64,000 nucleotides of DNA from an uncultured Bacteroidales bacterium (GTDB lineage: Bacteria > Bacteroidota > Bacteroidia > Bacteroidales > DTU049). Position 1 is the first letter of the stretch. The number at the start of each line of letters is the position of its first letter. The DNA lies in NCBI GenBank assembly GCA_964388575.1, contig CAYMAZ010000016.1, forward strand, positions 929 through 64,928, written 5' to 3'. Positions 37,677 through 47,598 of the stretch are shown one piece after another. The position numbers and the translations under genes are program-made. The notes under the pieces are model-generated. The model was given only the letters and a program-made list of their open reading frames with translations. It ran no database searches and was not told the origin of the DNA.

Positions 37677-37844
37677 GATTATCGCACGGGATGTTCTGAT
37701 TATTGCATGAGATGTTCTGATTATTGCATGAGATGTTCTGATTATTGCATGAGATATTCTGATTATCGCACGGGATGTTCTGATTATTACATGAGATGTT
37801 CTGATTATCGCATGAGATATTGTAATTATCCCATCGTCATTCAT
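37677..37844. repeat. 21-bp tandem repeat, about 7 good copies plus 1 degenerate copy (consensus GATTATTGCATGAGATGTTCT)
   Basis: Units begin at 37677, 37698, 37719, 37740, 37761, 37782, 37803, and 37824. They are in phase with a 74-codon minus-strand ORF that reads as IIRTSHA heptads. Confidence 0.9.
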
Positions 37845-37924
37845 ATAATTCTTTAAAGACGTTTCAAAATTGACATCCGAAAAGAGTATAAGGAAGTAAA
37901 ACTTGTACTTTGGATGGTCTGCTA

Positions 37925-38683
37925 TTATCTGCTCTTAAAAAACTCATACAGAACAATCCCCGCCGCCATTGCTGCATTCAGCGATTCAGCCAGCGACTGT
38001 GATGATCCGGGGATAAAAATTCTTTCCTGAACCAAATACATCATCTCATCCGATATGCCGTGACTTTCATTCCCGATAACAACAACCGCAGGAAACCGGG
38101 GTTCAACTGCTGGCAAAGGCTTTCCGTTCAGCACAGTCCCATAAACACTGACATTTTTACCAAGCGATTTCAGCCATTGAACATGATCTGTGTATGAAAC
38201 ACCAACTCTGCAGAATGATCCCATGGTCGCCTGTATAACTTTCGGAGAATACTTATCGGCAGTATCCTCCGAACAAACAATATGATTCACCCCGAACCAG
38301 TCGCAAAGCCTGATCATTGTCCCCAGATTTCCCGGATCACGGATTGAATCCAGCAGAAGAAACAGTTCTTTTCCGGCCGGAACAGAAGGAGGCTCATTTT
38401 CCGGAATTTGCAAAACAGCCAGGCCGAAATCAGGCGTAGTGAGTTGTGATATTCTTTCGAGTGTTCCGTATGAAATTACCGAAACATCAATATTGTTCAA
38501 CAGATCAACAGGAATTTCACCCACAGATTCCTCCAACAAAAACAATTCGCTTATTTCATAACTGGATGACTTCAGAATTTCCATGATGATTTTTCTGCCT
38601 TCGGCAATGAACAAACTGTGCTGTTGCCTGAATTTTTTATGTTCAAGACTTCTGATGAGACTGATTTTGGGTTTTGAAATCAT
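37925..38683 (-). CDS. TrmH/SpoU-family RNA 2'-O-methyltransferase
   Basis: 252 aa with SpoU motifs (DPGNLGTMIRLCDWFGV, VVVIGNESHGIS, SLNAAMAAGIVLYE). Confidence 0.85.
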   Translation of the reverse strand: MISKPKISLIRSLEHKKFRQQHSLFIAEGRKIIMEILKSSSYEISELFLLEESVGEIPVDLLNNIDVSVISYGTLERISQLTTPDFGLAVLQIPENEPPSVPAGKELFLLLDSIRDPGNLGTMIRLCDWFGVNHIVCSEDTADKYSPKVIQATMGSFCRVGVSYTDHVQWLKSLGKNVSVYGTVLNGKPLPAVEPRFPAVVVIGNESHGISDEMMYLVQERIFIPGSSQSLAESLNAAMAAGIVLYEFFKSR

Positions 38684-38832
38684 AGACAGGAACTTTCTGC
38701 AAACCTAAGAAAAAAATTTCTTGTCATATTCTTTATCGATTTTATTTTGAGCGATTATGTATTGTTGAGGTTGAAATTTGCAATTCAAAGAAATATTGTA
38801 ATTTTATAAATCAATTTTTGAAACACATTGAA

Positions 38833-41217
38833 ATGAACCGCGAAACTATTTTACAACACTATAAAATTGCTGTTGAAAGCCGCAAGGCTTCAATCCTTGG
38901 GAGAAAAGAAGTACTCACCGGAAAGGCCAAATTCGGAATCTTCGGAGATGGAAAAGAAATACCACAACTTGCCATGGCCTCTGTTTTTCAGCCGGGCGAC
39001 TGGCGGTCAGGATATTATCGCGACCAGACGTTTATGATGGCTGCCGGATTATTTTCACTTGAAGAATTTTTTGCACAACTCTACGGAGACACTGACACAT
39101 CATTCAATCCTTCAAACAGTGGGCGGTTGATGAACAATCACTTTGCAACACACACGCTTGACAAAAACGGGAACTGGCTGAAATTATCAGAACTCAAAAA
39201 TGTTTCATCAGACATTTCACCAACAGCCGGACAAATGCCCCGACTGCTCGGTCTTGCTCTTGCTTCAAAACTTTTCAGACAAAACAGGGAGCTTCACAGC
39301 TTAGATTCGTTTTCTCTGAAGGGAAATGAAGTTGCTTTCGGCACCATCGGTGACGCCTCCACTTCAGAAGGACATTTTTTTGAAACCATCAATGCTGCCG
39401 CAGTGTTGCAGGTGCCCATGGCAATGTCGGTCTGGGATGACGGATACGGAATTTCTGTCAGTCGCAAACACCAGACTGCCAGAGACAGCATATCTGAAGC
39501 ACTCAAAGGATTTCAGAGAACGAAAGACCGTCCTGCAGGGATAGAAATTTTTACTGCCAGAGCATGGGATTATCAAAGTCTGATGAAAGTGTATGCCAAA
39601 GGAATACAACTGTGCCGCAAAGAACATGTTCCGGTTTTGTTTCATATCACTGAATGTACCCAACCCCAGGGACACAGCACTTCAGGCTCACACGAACGCT
39701 ACAAAAGTGCTGAAAGACTTGAGTGGGAAAAGGAATTTGACGGAATCCAAAAATTCAGACAATGGGTCATTGAACAAAAATTTGCCACGGTCACAGAACT
39801 TGATGAAATTGACAAACAAGCTGAAAAGCGGGTGAAGGAAGCACGAAATAAGGCCTGGATGAATGTTCAGAACCCGGTGCTTGAAATGAAAAAAAGTCTG
39901 CAGGACATTGTGCAGATCTCAGATTGCCATTGTGAAAAAATTGCCCGCGTTGAAGAAGTGATGAATGAACTGGACAGGATTGCCGAACCCAACAGAAAAG
40001 ACATCATCTCCTCAGCAAAAAAAATCCTCAGGCATTTCTGCCAGACATGCACACACGACAGGCCAATGAAAAACAATGTGATGCAATGGATCGCTGCAGC
40101 CAATGAAGACGGGGCCGAACGTTACAGTTCACATCTTTACAGCACTACACAACAATCGGCAATGCTTGTGAAACAGGTCTCAGTGGCATATGATCAGGAT
40201 GCACCGCTTGTTCCGGGCAGAGAAATTCTTCGTGACAATTTTGATGCATTGCTTTCCAAATATCCTGAAATGCTTGCCTTTGGCGAAGACGTCGGTGGAA
40301 TCGGCGGAGTCAATCAGACCTGGGAGGGATTGCAGCAAAAATTCGGAACGCATCGGGTTTTTGACACAGGCATACGTGAGGCAACAATTGTCGGACAGGC
40401 CATCGGACTTGCCATGCGCGGACTCAGACCGGTTGCCGAAATTCAGTATTTTGATTATCTGTTGTATGGATTGCAGACTCTGAGTGACGATCTTGCAACA
40501 CTAAGATACAGAACAAAAGGCTTTCAGAAAGCACCTGCAATTATCAGCACCCGCGGACATCGACTTGAGGGAATCTGGCATTCGGGGTCGGCTCTCAGTA
40601 TGGTCATAAATTCAATCAGGGGTATTTTTGTTCTGGTTCCACGAAACATGACCCAGGCGGCTGCATTTTACAACACCATGATGCAATCTGATGACCCCGC
40701 GTTGATCATTGAACCGCTCAACGCATACAGGATCAGGGAACAACGACCCGCAAATTTCGGAGAGTTCACTCTCGAACCGGGTGTTCCCGAAATTTTGCAG
40801 GAAGGGAAGGATATCACGATTGTTACGTATGGTTCGTGTGTCAGAATTGCTCAGGAAGCCATCCCGCAGCTCGAAGAATTCGGAATCAGTGTGGAACTGA
40901 TTGATGTCCAGTCATTGCTCCCCTTCGATACGTGTCATATTATCTACAACTCACTGAGAAAAACGGGAAAAGTTCTGTTTTTTGACGAAGATGTACCCGG
41001 AGGTGCCACTGCATTTATGATGCAGCAGGTACTTGAAGTTCAGCGCGGATATTTTCTGCTTGATTCAGAGCCGCGATGCCTGACTGCGAAAGATCACAGG
41101 CCTGCGTATGGAACAGACGGAGATTACTTTTCAAATCCCAATGCTGAAGATGTTTTTGAATCAGTTTATGCAATCATGCATGAATACAGACCTGCTGCCT
41201 TTCCAAAATTATATTGA
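38833..41217 (+). CDS. Fused alpha/beta E1 component of a 2-oxoacid dehydrogenase (TPP-dependent)
   Basis: 794 aa from the ATG at 38833. The N-terminal half is E1-alpha-like (GTIGDASTSEGHFFE). The C-terminal half is E1-beta-like (FGEDVGGIGGVNQTWEGLQQKFG..RVFDTGIREATIVG). Confidence 0.88.
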   Translation: MNRETILQHYKIAVESRKASILGRKEVLTGKAKFGIFGDGKEIPQLAMASVFQPGDWRSGYYRDQTFMMAAGLFSLEEFFAQLYGDTDTSFNPSNSGRLMNNHFATHTLDKNGNWLKLSELKNVSSDISPTAGQMPRLLGLALASKLFRQNRELHSLDSFSLKGNEVAFGTIGDASTSEGHFFETINAAAVLQVPMAMSVWDDGYGISVSRKHQTARDSISEALKGFQRTKDRPAGIEIFTARAWDYQSLMKVYAKGIQLCRKEHVPVLFHITECTQPQGHSTSGSHERYKSAERLEWEKEFDGIQKFRQWVIEQKFATVTELDEIDKQAEKRVKEARNKAWMNVQNPVLEMKKSLQDIVQISDCHCEKIARVEEVMNELDRIAEPNRKDIISSAKKILRHFCQTCTHDRPMKNNVMQWIAAANEDGAERYSSHLYSTTQQSAMLVKQVSVAYDQDAPLVPGREILRDNFDALLSKYPEMLAFGEDVGGIGGVNQTWEGLQQKFGTHRVFDTGIREATIVGQAIGLAMRGLRPVAEIQYFDYLLYGLQTLSDDLATLRYRTKGFQKAPAIISTRGHRLEGIWHSGSALSMVINSIRGIFVLVPRNMTQAAAFYNTMMQSDDPALIIEPLNAYRIREQRPANFGEFTLEPGVPEILQEGKDITIVTYGSCVRIAQEAIPQLEEFGISVELIDVQSLLPFDTCHIIYNSLRKTGKVLFFDEDVPGGATAFMMQQVLEVQRGYFLLDSEPRCLTAKDHRPAYGTDGDYFSNPNAEDVFESVYAIMHEYRPAAFPKLY

Positions 41218-41230
41218 AAATCATAAGAGT

Positions 41231-41902
41231 ATGAACAGTAACAATTTTTTTTCATGTATAAACATATCCGGATTAATTCTCTTTCTTTTCTTATTGTCTG
41301 CCTGCAACAAGGATAAGGACGAAATAACCATTTCCGGAAGGGTTTATGATTCCGGTCTGGATCAATATTTGTCTGGTGCAACGGTCAAACTGAGCGCGAA
41401 TGGCGTTCAGTCAGGCATTTATACACCCGACTTCGTCGTACTTGAAACTACGACAACAGATTCTGACGGGCGTTTTTCTTTTGTCAGAAAAAAAGACAGA
41501 AGCGACAGTTTCAGGATAACAGCATTAAAAAACCAGTATTTTACTGAAATACATGAATTTTCATCATCTGTCTTTGCATCCTCTGTTTCCTATTCAAAAG
41601 AACTGGAGATGAATCCGGAAGGATTTATCGAACTTCGGGTGTATAATGCATATCCTTCGGATGAAGATGATCAGATTATTTTTTATTTTACAAACTCTGA
41701 TCTGAATTGTATAGATTGTTGCACAAACACTCCTCACACTGGAATGGGTCCCGCTTTTGACACAACCTTTACCTGCCGGTTTTATGGAAACAAAAAAATT
41801 GTATTTATGCGGTCAGTCATCAAAGATCAGCATACAGATATTTATTTTGATTCATTATTTTGCCCGGTTTTTACAACTGAACAATATACAATTCCCTATT
41901 GA
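41231..41902 (+). CDS. Hypothetical lipoprotein with carboxypeptidase-regulatory-like fold
   Basis: 223 aa from the ATG at 41231 with a lipobox (LLSAC) and the pattern ISGRVYDSGLDQYLSGATVKL. The ORF-track N-terminal extension overlaps the E1 gene. Confidence 0.55.
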   Translation: MNSNNFFSCINISGLILFLFLLSACNKDKDEITISGRVYDSGLDQYLSGATVKLSANGVQSGIYTPDFVVLETTTTDSDGRFSFVRKKDRSDSFRITALKNQYFTEIHEFSSSVFASSVSYSKELEMNPEGFIELRVYNAYPSDEDDQIIFYFTNSDLNCIDCCTNTPHTGMGPAFDTTFTCRFYGNKKIVFMRSVIKDQHTDIYFDSLFCPVFTTEQYTIPY

Positions 41903-41931
41903 TTTGATGGGTTTTAAGCAAAGATATGTAA

Positions 41932-42657
41932 CTATCTCCTAAGTTCAAAATTCTGCCCCAGATACACCCTTCTCACATGTTCATTGGCTGCCAGTTCTTC
42001 GGCTGATCCTGAAGTGAGTACAGAACCCTCAAACAACAGATAAGCTCTGTCTGTGATGGAAAGTGTTTCATGCACATTGTGATCAGTGATCAGGACTCCA
42101 ATATTTTTGTCACGCAGCTTGACAACAATATTTTGAATGTCTTCAACCGCAATTGGGTCAACACCGGCAAAAGGTTCATCAAGCAGGATAAATTTCGGAT
42201 CAACAGCGAGACTTCTGGCAATTTCAGTTCGTCTTCTTTCTCCTCCGGAAAGCCTGTTTCCAAGGCTTTTTCGAATTTTCTGAAGACCGAATTCATCAAG
42301 CAGGGATTCTAGTTTGTCCTGTTGCTCTTTTTTTGATAAACGTGTAAATTCAAGAACTGCTTTGATATTGTCTTCAACACTGAGCTGCCTGAAAACAGAA
42401 GCTTCCTGTGCCAGATATCCCACCCCCATTTGTGCACGTCTATACATTGGTGTTTCTGTAATTTTCTCATTGTCAAGAAAAACTTCTCCTTCATTCGGTT
42501 TGATCAAGCCGACAATGATGTAAAAAGAAGTCGTTTTTCCGGCACCATTGGGACCAAGAAGTCCGACAATTTCACCCCGGTTGACCTCAATGCTTACTTT
42601 GTTGACTACCGTACGTCCTTTGTATCTTTTAACAATGTTTTCTGTCCGGAGTTTCAT
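41932..42657 (-). CDS. lptB: LPS export ABC transporter ATP-binding protein
   Basis: 241 aa with Walker [10 protein letters not shown], the ABC signature LSGGERRR, and Walker [13 protein letters not shown]. Confidence 0.9.
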   Translation of the reverse strand: MKLRTENIVKRYKGRTVVNKVSIEVNRGEIVGLLGPNGAGKTTSFYIIVGLIKPNEGEVFLDNEKITETPMYRRAQMGVGYLAQEASVFRQLSVEDNIKAVLEFTRLSKKEQQDKLESLLDEFGLQKIRKSLGNRLSGGERRRTEIARSLAVDPKFILLDEPFAGVDPIAVEDIQNIVVKLRDKNIGVLITDHNVHETLSITDRAYLLFEGSVLTSGSAEELAANEHVRRVYLGQNFELRR

Positions 42658-43016
42658 AGTTGTAGTGTAATCTGTATTTACCTGAACAGTGTGTTTTTTT
42701 TCAACAATTTTCAGATAAATGAACGTTGTTCTTTCACCTTTAATTTTGCAAAAATATCAAAAATAAACGCTTTGATCACATTCGGGTACATTTTTTTGGT
42801 GAAGTGTAATGTGATCATAAGGATGAATGATGTTGCATTTCTTTTTCAGAAAAGAGATGTCATTGTATTGAAAGGGAGAATTCAATATGCAGAACCGGAT
42901 CAGATGGGGTATACAATTTTTTTCCACAAACAAATGTTATGTAAAAGAAACTTAAACAGTAATTTTTGGACTAAAAGTGATAAAAAAATTTTTTTATAAT
43001 TAAATATTAAATTAAG

Positions 43017-43049
43017 TTTGCAATAATGAATAATAAACTTCTATTTTTG
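43017..43049 (+). promoter_or_regulatory. Bacteroidota-type promoter for recQ
   Basis: TTTG at 43017-43020 and TATTTTTG at 43042-43049 with a 21-nt spacer. The ATG is at 43087. Confidence 0.35.
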
Positions 43050-43086
43050 CAGGTCAGTTTTTAAATGAATAAACGCATAATTTCAA

Positions 43087-45291
43087 ATGCCCAAAGTGAA
43101 AGATATTAATTTGCAGGAAGTGCTGAAGAAGGTTTTTGGTTTTGATAAGTTCAAAGATAATCAGGAACATATCATAAAAAACCTGTTGGATGGCAAGGAC
43201 ACATTTGTTATTATGCCCACCGGAGGTGGAAAATCCATGTGCTATCAGTTGCCTGCACTGATGAGTCCCGGTGTTGCAATCATCATTTCTCCTCTCATCG
43301 CATTGATGAAAAACCAGGTTGATTCCATCCGGAACTTCGGAACAGAAACAGGAATTGCTCATGTACTGAACTCTTCACTTTCACGGGGGGAAATTGCACA
43401 GGTTAAAGAAGATTTGCTTTCAGGAAAAACAAAATTATTGTATCTGGCCCCTGAATCCTTAAACAAAGAGGACAATATTTTATTTTTGCGTGATATTGAA
43501 ATTTCCTTTTACGCAGTTGATGAAGCACATTGTATTTCTGAATGGGGGCATGATTTCAGGCCTGAATACAGACGTATACGGCCAATTATTGAGACCATCG
43601 GAAAGAATGTGCCAATTATTGCCCTTACTGCAACGGCCACACCCAAAGTGCAACAGGATATTATCAAGACATTACAGATGCAAAACGCTGCTTGCTTTTT
43701 GTCATCGTTTAACCGACCCAACCTGTATTATGAAGTTCGTCCAAAAACGACAGACGTATTTAAGGAAATTTTAAAATTCGTCAGAGCAAACTCTGGAAAA
43801 TCAGGGATCATTTATTGTCTGAGCCGAAAAAAAGTTGAAGAAATTGCTCAGGCACTTCAGGTAAACGGTGTCAGAGCTATTCCCTACCATGCTGGTTTGG
43901 ATGCAAAAACAAGAAAAATGCATCAGGATATGTTTCTGATGGAAGAATTTGAGGTCATTGTTGCAACCATCGCATTTGGCATGGGTATAGACAAGCCCGA
44001 TGTCAGGTTTATTATACATCATGATATGCCTAAGAGCCTCGAAGGATATTATCAGGAAACCGGACGAGCTGGACGTGACGGAGGGGAGGGGAAATGTCTC
44101 GGGTTTTTCAGCATCGATGATATTCATAAAATTGAAAAATTTGGAAAAAACAAACCCGTTGCTGAGCAGGAAATTGCCCTGCAACTTCTACAGGAAGTGA
44201 TTGCGTATTCAGAATCATCTGTATGCCGGCGCAAGCAACTTCTGCATTATTTCGGAGAAACGTATGAAGCCGAAAATTGTTCAACCTGTGATAATTGCCT
44301 ACATCCGAAGATGAAATTTGAAGCCAAGGAACATGTACTGACAGTGCTCAGTGCTGTTAAAGAGACAAAACAGCAGTTTAAAGCCAAACAACTTATCAGT
44401 ATTCTCACCGGAAAAGTTACCGGAACGTTGAAAAACCAGAAAGTACTGTCATATGAGTGCTTTGAATCTGGAATGGATTATGATGACAAGTTTTGGAATG
44501 CCATCATCAGACAAATGCTGATTCAGAAATTACTTCAAAAGGACATTGAAAACTACGGTGTTATTAAAATGACACCTCATGGTGAACAGTTTCTGAAAAA
44601 CCCAGTGGAAATTCAAATGACCAAAGATCATGATTATGACTCTGATGGTGATGATGACGATTTCATCAATTCTGGGGCAATGCAGAAAGGCAGTGGCACC
44701 GATAAAATGTTGTTTTCTCTGCTGAAAGATCTAACAAAAGAAATTGCACGAAAGGAAAAACTTCCGCCATTTGTAATTTTTCAGGATCCGTCATTGGAAG
44801 ATATGGCAATTCAGTATCCAATTACACTTGAGGAAATGAAGAATATTTCAGGAGTTGGCGTTGGAAAAGCCCAGAAGTACGGACAACCATTTGTAGAACT
44901 GATTAAAAAATATGTTGATGAGAATGAAATAACCAGACCAAATGATGTGGTCGTCAAATCAGTCATAAATAAGTCGGGACTGAAAGTCTATATCATTCAG
45001 GCAATAGACAGAAAGATTCCACTTGAACAGATTGCAGTTGCCAAAACGTTGACAATGGATGAACTACTTGATGAAATTGAACGCATCGTTTCAAGCGGAA
45101 CGAAAGTAAACCTGAATTACTATATTGATGAATATATTGATGAGTACCATCAACAGGAGATTCATGATTATTTTTCCACAGCAGAGACAGACTCAATTGA
45201 TGAGGCCCTTTTGAGTCTCGGGGAAAATGAATTTACAGAACAGGAAGTTAGACTTATGAGAATTAAATTTATGTCCGATCTCGGAAATTAA
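43087..45291 (+). CDS. recQ: ATP-dependent DNA helicase RecQ
   Basis: 734 aa with PTGGGKS, DEAHCISEWGHDFRPEY, and a Zn-binding CRR...CDNC. It has RQC and HRDC regions. Confidence 0.95.
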   Translation: MPKVKDINLQEVLKKVFGFDKFKDNQEHIIKNLLDGKDTFVIMPTGGGKSMCYQLPALMSPGVAIIISPLIALMKNQVDSIRNFGTETGIAHVLNSSLSRGEIAQVKEDLLSGKTKLLYLAPESLNKEDNILFLRDIEISFYAVDEAHCISEWGHDFRPEYRRIRPIIETIGKNVPIIALTATATPKVQQDIIKTLQMQNAACFLSSFNRPNLYYEVRPKTTDVFKEILKFVRANSGKSGIIYCLSRKKVEEIAQALQVNGVRAIPYHAGLDAKTRKMHQDMFLMEEFEVIVATIAFGMGIDKPDVRFIIHHDMPKSLEGYYQETGRAGRDGGEGKCLGFFSIDDIHKIEKFGKNKPVAEQEIALQLLQEVIAYSESSVCRRKQLLHYFGETYEAENCSTCDNCLHPKMKFEAKEHVLTVLSAVKETKQQFKAKQLISILTGKVTGTLKNQKVLSYECFESGMDYDDKFWNAIIRQMLIQKLLQKDIENYGVIKMTPHGEQFLKNPVEIQMTKDHDYDSDGDDDDFINSGAMQKGSGTDKMLFSLLKDLTKEIARKEKLPPFVIFQDPSLEDMAIQYPITLEEMKNISGVGVGKAQKYGQPFVELIKKYVDENEITRPNDVVVKSVINKSGLKVYIIQAIDRKIPLEQIAVAKTLTMDELLDEIERIVSSGTKVNLNYYIDEYIDEYHQQEIHDYFSTAETDSIDEALLSLGENEFTEQEVRLMRIKFMSDLGN

Positions 45292-45305
45292 ATAAACATA
45301 ACATT

Positions 45306-45968
45306 ATGAATGAAAACGAAACCATGATCATGGATGATAATTCATTGAAATCAAAGCCTGAATTAAAAAAAAGTAATTTGCAGATGATCATCAACATTGT
45401 TCTTTTTGCAGGATTAGCAATTTGTCTGATATTATTACTGCTTCAAAAATCTGATGTAACAACCGACAACAAGCCAATTTCAGGATTAAATATTGCATTT
45501 ATTGACTCAGACACATTGATGTCGCATTATGATCTTTTTCAGGATGTGAAAACAGAGCTGGAAGCTGAAACTCTGAAACTCAGACAGGATCTGGAAAAAA
45601 GAGAAAAGTCACTGCAGAGTCAGTTTCAGAGTTATCAAAGTCGTGTTCAGGCCGGAACGATCAGTTATGATGATGCAAGAAAAACGGAAGAGAATCTGGC
45701 ACGCCAGCAACAGGAACTTATTACACTCGGAGAAGATTATACAAATCAGATCTCCCTGAAAGAATATGAAATGTCAGTTAGGGTTTTTGATTCCTTAAAG
45801 GTTGTGCTTGAACTGATCAACGAGAATCAACAGTATGATTTTATTCTCGGGTATACTCCGGGAGCAGGTATATTGTATGCCAACCCTGCACTTGAAATCA
45901 CTGAAATGGTCGTTGGAATTTTAAACGAACGATATAACTCAAGCAGAAAAAGTACGGATAATGAGTAA
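45306..45968 (+). CDS. OmpH/Skp-family periplasmic chaperone
   Basis: 220 aa with an N-terminal TM/signal anchor, then IAFIDSDTLMSHYDLFQDVKTELEAE... and a long coiled coil typical of Skp-like proteins. Confidence 0.7.
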   Translation: MNENETMIMDDNSLKSKPELKKSNLQMIINIVLFAGLAICLILLLLQKSDVTTDNKPISGLNIAFIDSDTLMSHYDLFQDVKTELEAETLKLRQDLEKREKSLQSQFQSYQSRVQAGTISYDDARKTEENLARQQQELITLGEDYTNQISLKEYEMSVRVFDSLKVVLELINENQQYDFILGYTPGAGILYANPALEITEMVVGILNERYNSSRKSTDNE

Positions 45969-46395
45969 GAGACTGGTTATGAGCAGATTGCTGTTCGTAT
46001 TACTTGTATTTCTGTTTTCCTGTGGTGCAGACCCAGATATGCGGGTTGTTGAGGAATCCTGGCCAAACGGTCGTGAAAAAAAAGTAAGCTTTTACAAAAA
46101 TAAAGGTGTTCAAAAAGAATTAGTCCGTGAAATTTTTTATTATGAAAGTGGACAAAAGGAAGTGGAAGGAGAATTTAAAAAGGGTGAACGTCACGGAAAA
46201 TGGACATATTGGTACGAAAACGGTAATAAGTGGAGTGAAGGAGAGTTTAAAAACGGTTTGTCGCATGGATTTCGAAAGGTTTATCATTCGAATGGTAAAT
46301 TGTTTTATGAAGGGAAATTCAAAAACGATGTACCATTTGGAACCTGGAAGTTTTTTGACGAAGAAGGTCGCTTCATAAAAGAAGAAAACTACTAA
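45961..46395 (+). CDS. MORN-repeat (YwqK-like) lipoprotein
   Basis: 144 aa with a lipobox (LFSC) and repeated G.W.YWYENG/G....Y..NG motifs. Confidence 0.7.
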   Translation: MSKRLVMSRLLFVLLVFLFSCGADPDMRVVEESWPNGREKKVSFYKNKGVQKELVREIFYYESGQKEVEGEFKKGERHGKWTYWYENGNKWSEGEFKNGLSHGFRKVYHSNGKLFYEGKFKNDVPFGTWKFFDEEGRFIKEENY

Positions 46396-46787
46396 TTTTC
46401 ATCAGAAATTAACGCTTCAATTTTTTTGAAGATTTTGAACATTGCCTGTTCAATGACATTGTAGTCCAGTTCTTTGTCGTGAATATATATGAAGCCAGCA
46501 AGAATTGATTTTCCAGCCGTTGAAAGTTTGTCAGAAAGTATTTGGTGGTTTAACCTGAAAGCTTCTCTTGTTCTGCGTTTGATCGTATTACGTGTAACCG
46601 CAAGCTTATGTTTGTTTTTGGGAACAGTAATCAGAACTTTCAGAGGGACGTCTTTTGTTTTGGCATTAGCAATGACCACCTTAAAGGGAAAGACCAGAAA
46701 AGCATGTCCCTGATCAAATAAAAATTGAACATCATGTGTTAAATAGACACGATGTTTTTTTGGAAATCTGAACCCGAAAACTGACAA
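46392..46787 (-). CDS. rnpA: Ribonuclease P protein component
   Basis: 131 aa with the AVTRNTIKRRTREAFR motif. It has an apparent TTG start. Confidence 0.8.
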   Translation of the reverse strand: MSVFGFRFPKKHRVYLTHDVQFLFDQGHAFLVFPFKVVIANAKTKDVPLKVLITVPKNKHKLAVTRNTIKRRTREAFRLNHQILSDKLSTAGKSILAGFIYIHDKELDYNVIEQAMFKIFKKIEALISDEN

Positions 46788-46789
46788 TG

Positions 46790-47551
46790 TTATTTCTTTT
46801 TGTTCAATTTTGTAATAAAGTCATCAATGGCCATGATGATTGATGGAAACTGTTCTGTCGGAGCAATAACATGTTGGGTTAATTCTGCTTCAGCAATAGC
46901 CTGAGCTGTTTGCTCTCCAAAGGCAGCTATAATCTGGGTTTCCTGCTTATAATCTGGGAAATTCTCAATCAATGATTTGATTCCTGCAGGGCTGAATAAA
47001 ACAAGCATGTCATATTTAGTTATGTCCAGATCATTAAATTCTTCTCTAACAGGTCTGAAAAAGACAGCCTTTTGAATTGTGAAACTCTTTTCAATCAGAA
47101 AATTTGAAAGATTGTCATTGTTTTCGTCTGAGCAGGGAAGTAAAAAAGCATCCTTATCATGCTTCCTCATCAGTTCTGCCAGTTCTTCAGGATTATTGTT
47201 GCAAAAGAAGATTTTTCTCTTTCTAAACTGAATGTATTTTTGAAGGTAAAGTGCAATTGTTTCAGACAAACAAAAGTATTTTGTAGCATCAGGTGGACTG
47301 TATCTCATGTCTTTACACATGCTGAAATAGTGATCAACGGCCTGTCGACTTGTGAAAATGATTGAAGGATATTCGTGAAGATAAATTTTATTCTCACGAA
47401 ATTCTCTGGATGATAACCTTTCAATCCTGAAAAATTTTCGATAATCAATTTTCAGATTAAACTTCTTTGCAAGCTCAAAAAACGGAGATTTCTCAGGGTC
47501 TGTTGGTTGAGGTTGAGATACAAGCACAGTTTTTATTTTCAATTTGCTCAT
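46790..47551 (-). CDS. Uroporphyrinogen-III synthase-like (HemD-family) protein
   Basis: 253 aa. It matches the N-terminal pattern VLVSQPQP...SPFFELAKK and the DUF4271 / HemD-like / rnpA synteny that I recall for Bacteroidota. Confidence 0.65.
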   Translation of the reverse strand: MSKLKIKTVLVSQPQPTDPEKSPFFELAKKFNLKIDYRKFFRIERLSSREFRENKIYLHEYPSIIFTSRQAVDHYFSMCKDMRYSPPDATKYFCLSETIALYLQKYIQFRKRKIFFCNNNPEELAELMRKHDKDAFLLPCSDENNDNLSNFLIEKSFTIQKAVFFRPVREEFNDLDITKYDMLVLFSPAGIKSLIENFPDYKQETQIIAAFGEQTAQAIAEAELTQHVIAPTEQFPSIIMAIDDFITKLNKKK

Positions 47552-47598
47552 TTTTGAATGAATGAGGGGATTAAAGTTGGTTAGCTAATCATTGATTG

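Noticed and set aside
37677-37844. Possible CRISPR array, because of regularly spaced identical 21-mers
   Set aside because: The units are directly adjacent with no unique spacers, the unit is shorter than typical CRISPR repeats, and there are no cas genes. It is a plain tandem repeat.
38833-41217. Fused E1 alpha/beta dehydrogenase as a novelty
   Set aside because: To my knowledge this fusion is the ordinary form of the enzyme in Bacteroidota, so it is not unusual.
45961-46395. YwqK-like MORN protein as the antitoxin of a toxin-antitoxin pair
   Set aside because: It has a lipoprotein signal and no adjacent toxin-like gene. The MORN repeats alone do not support a TA system.
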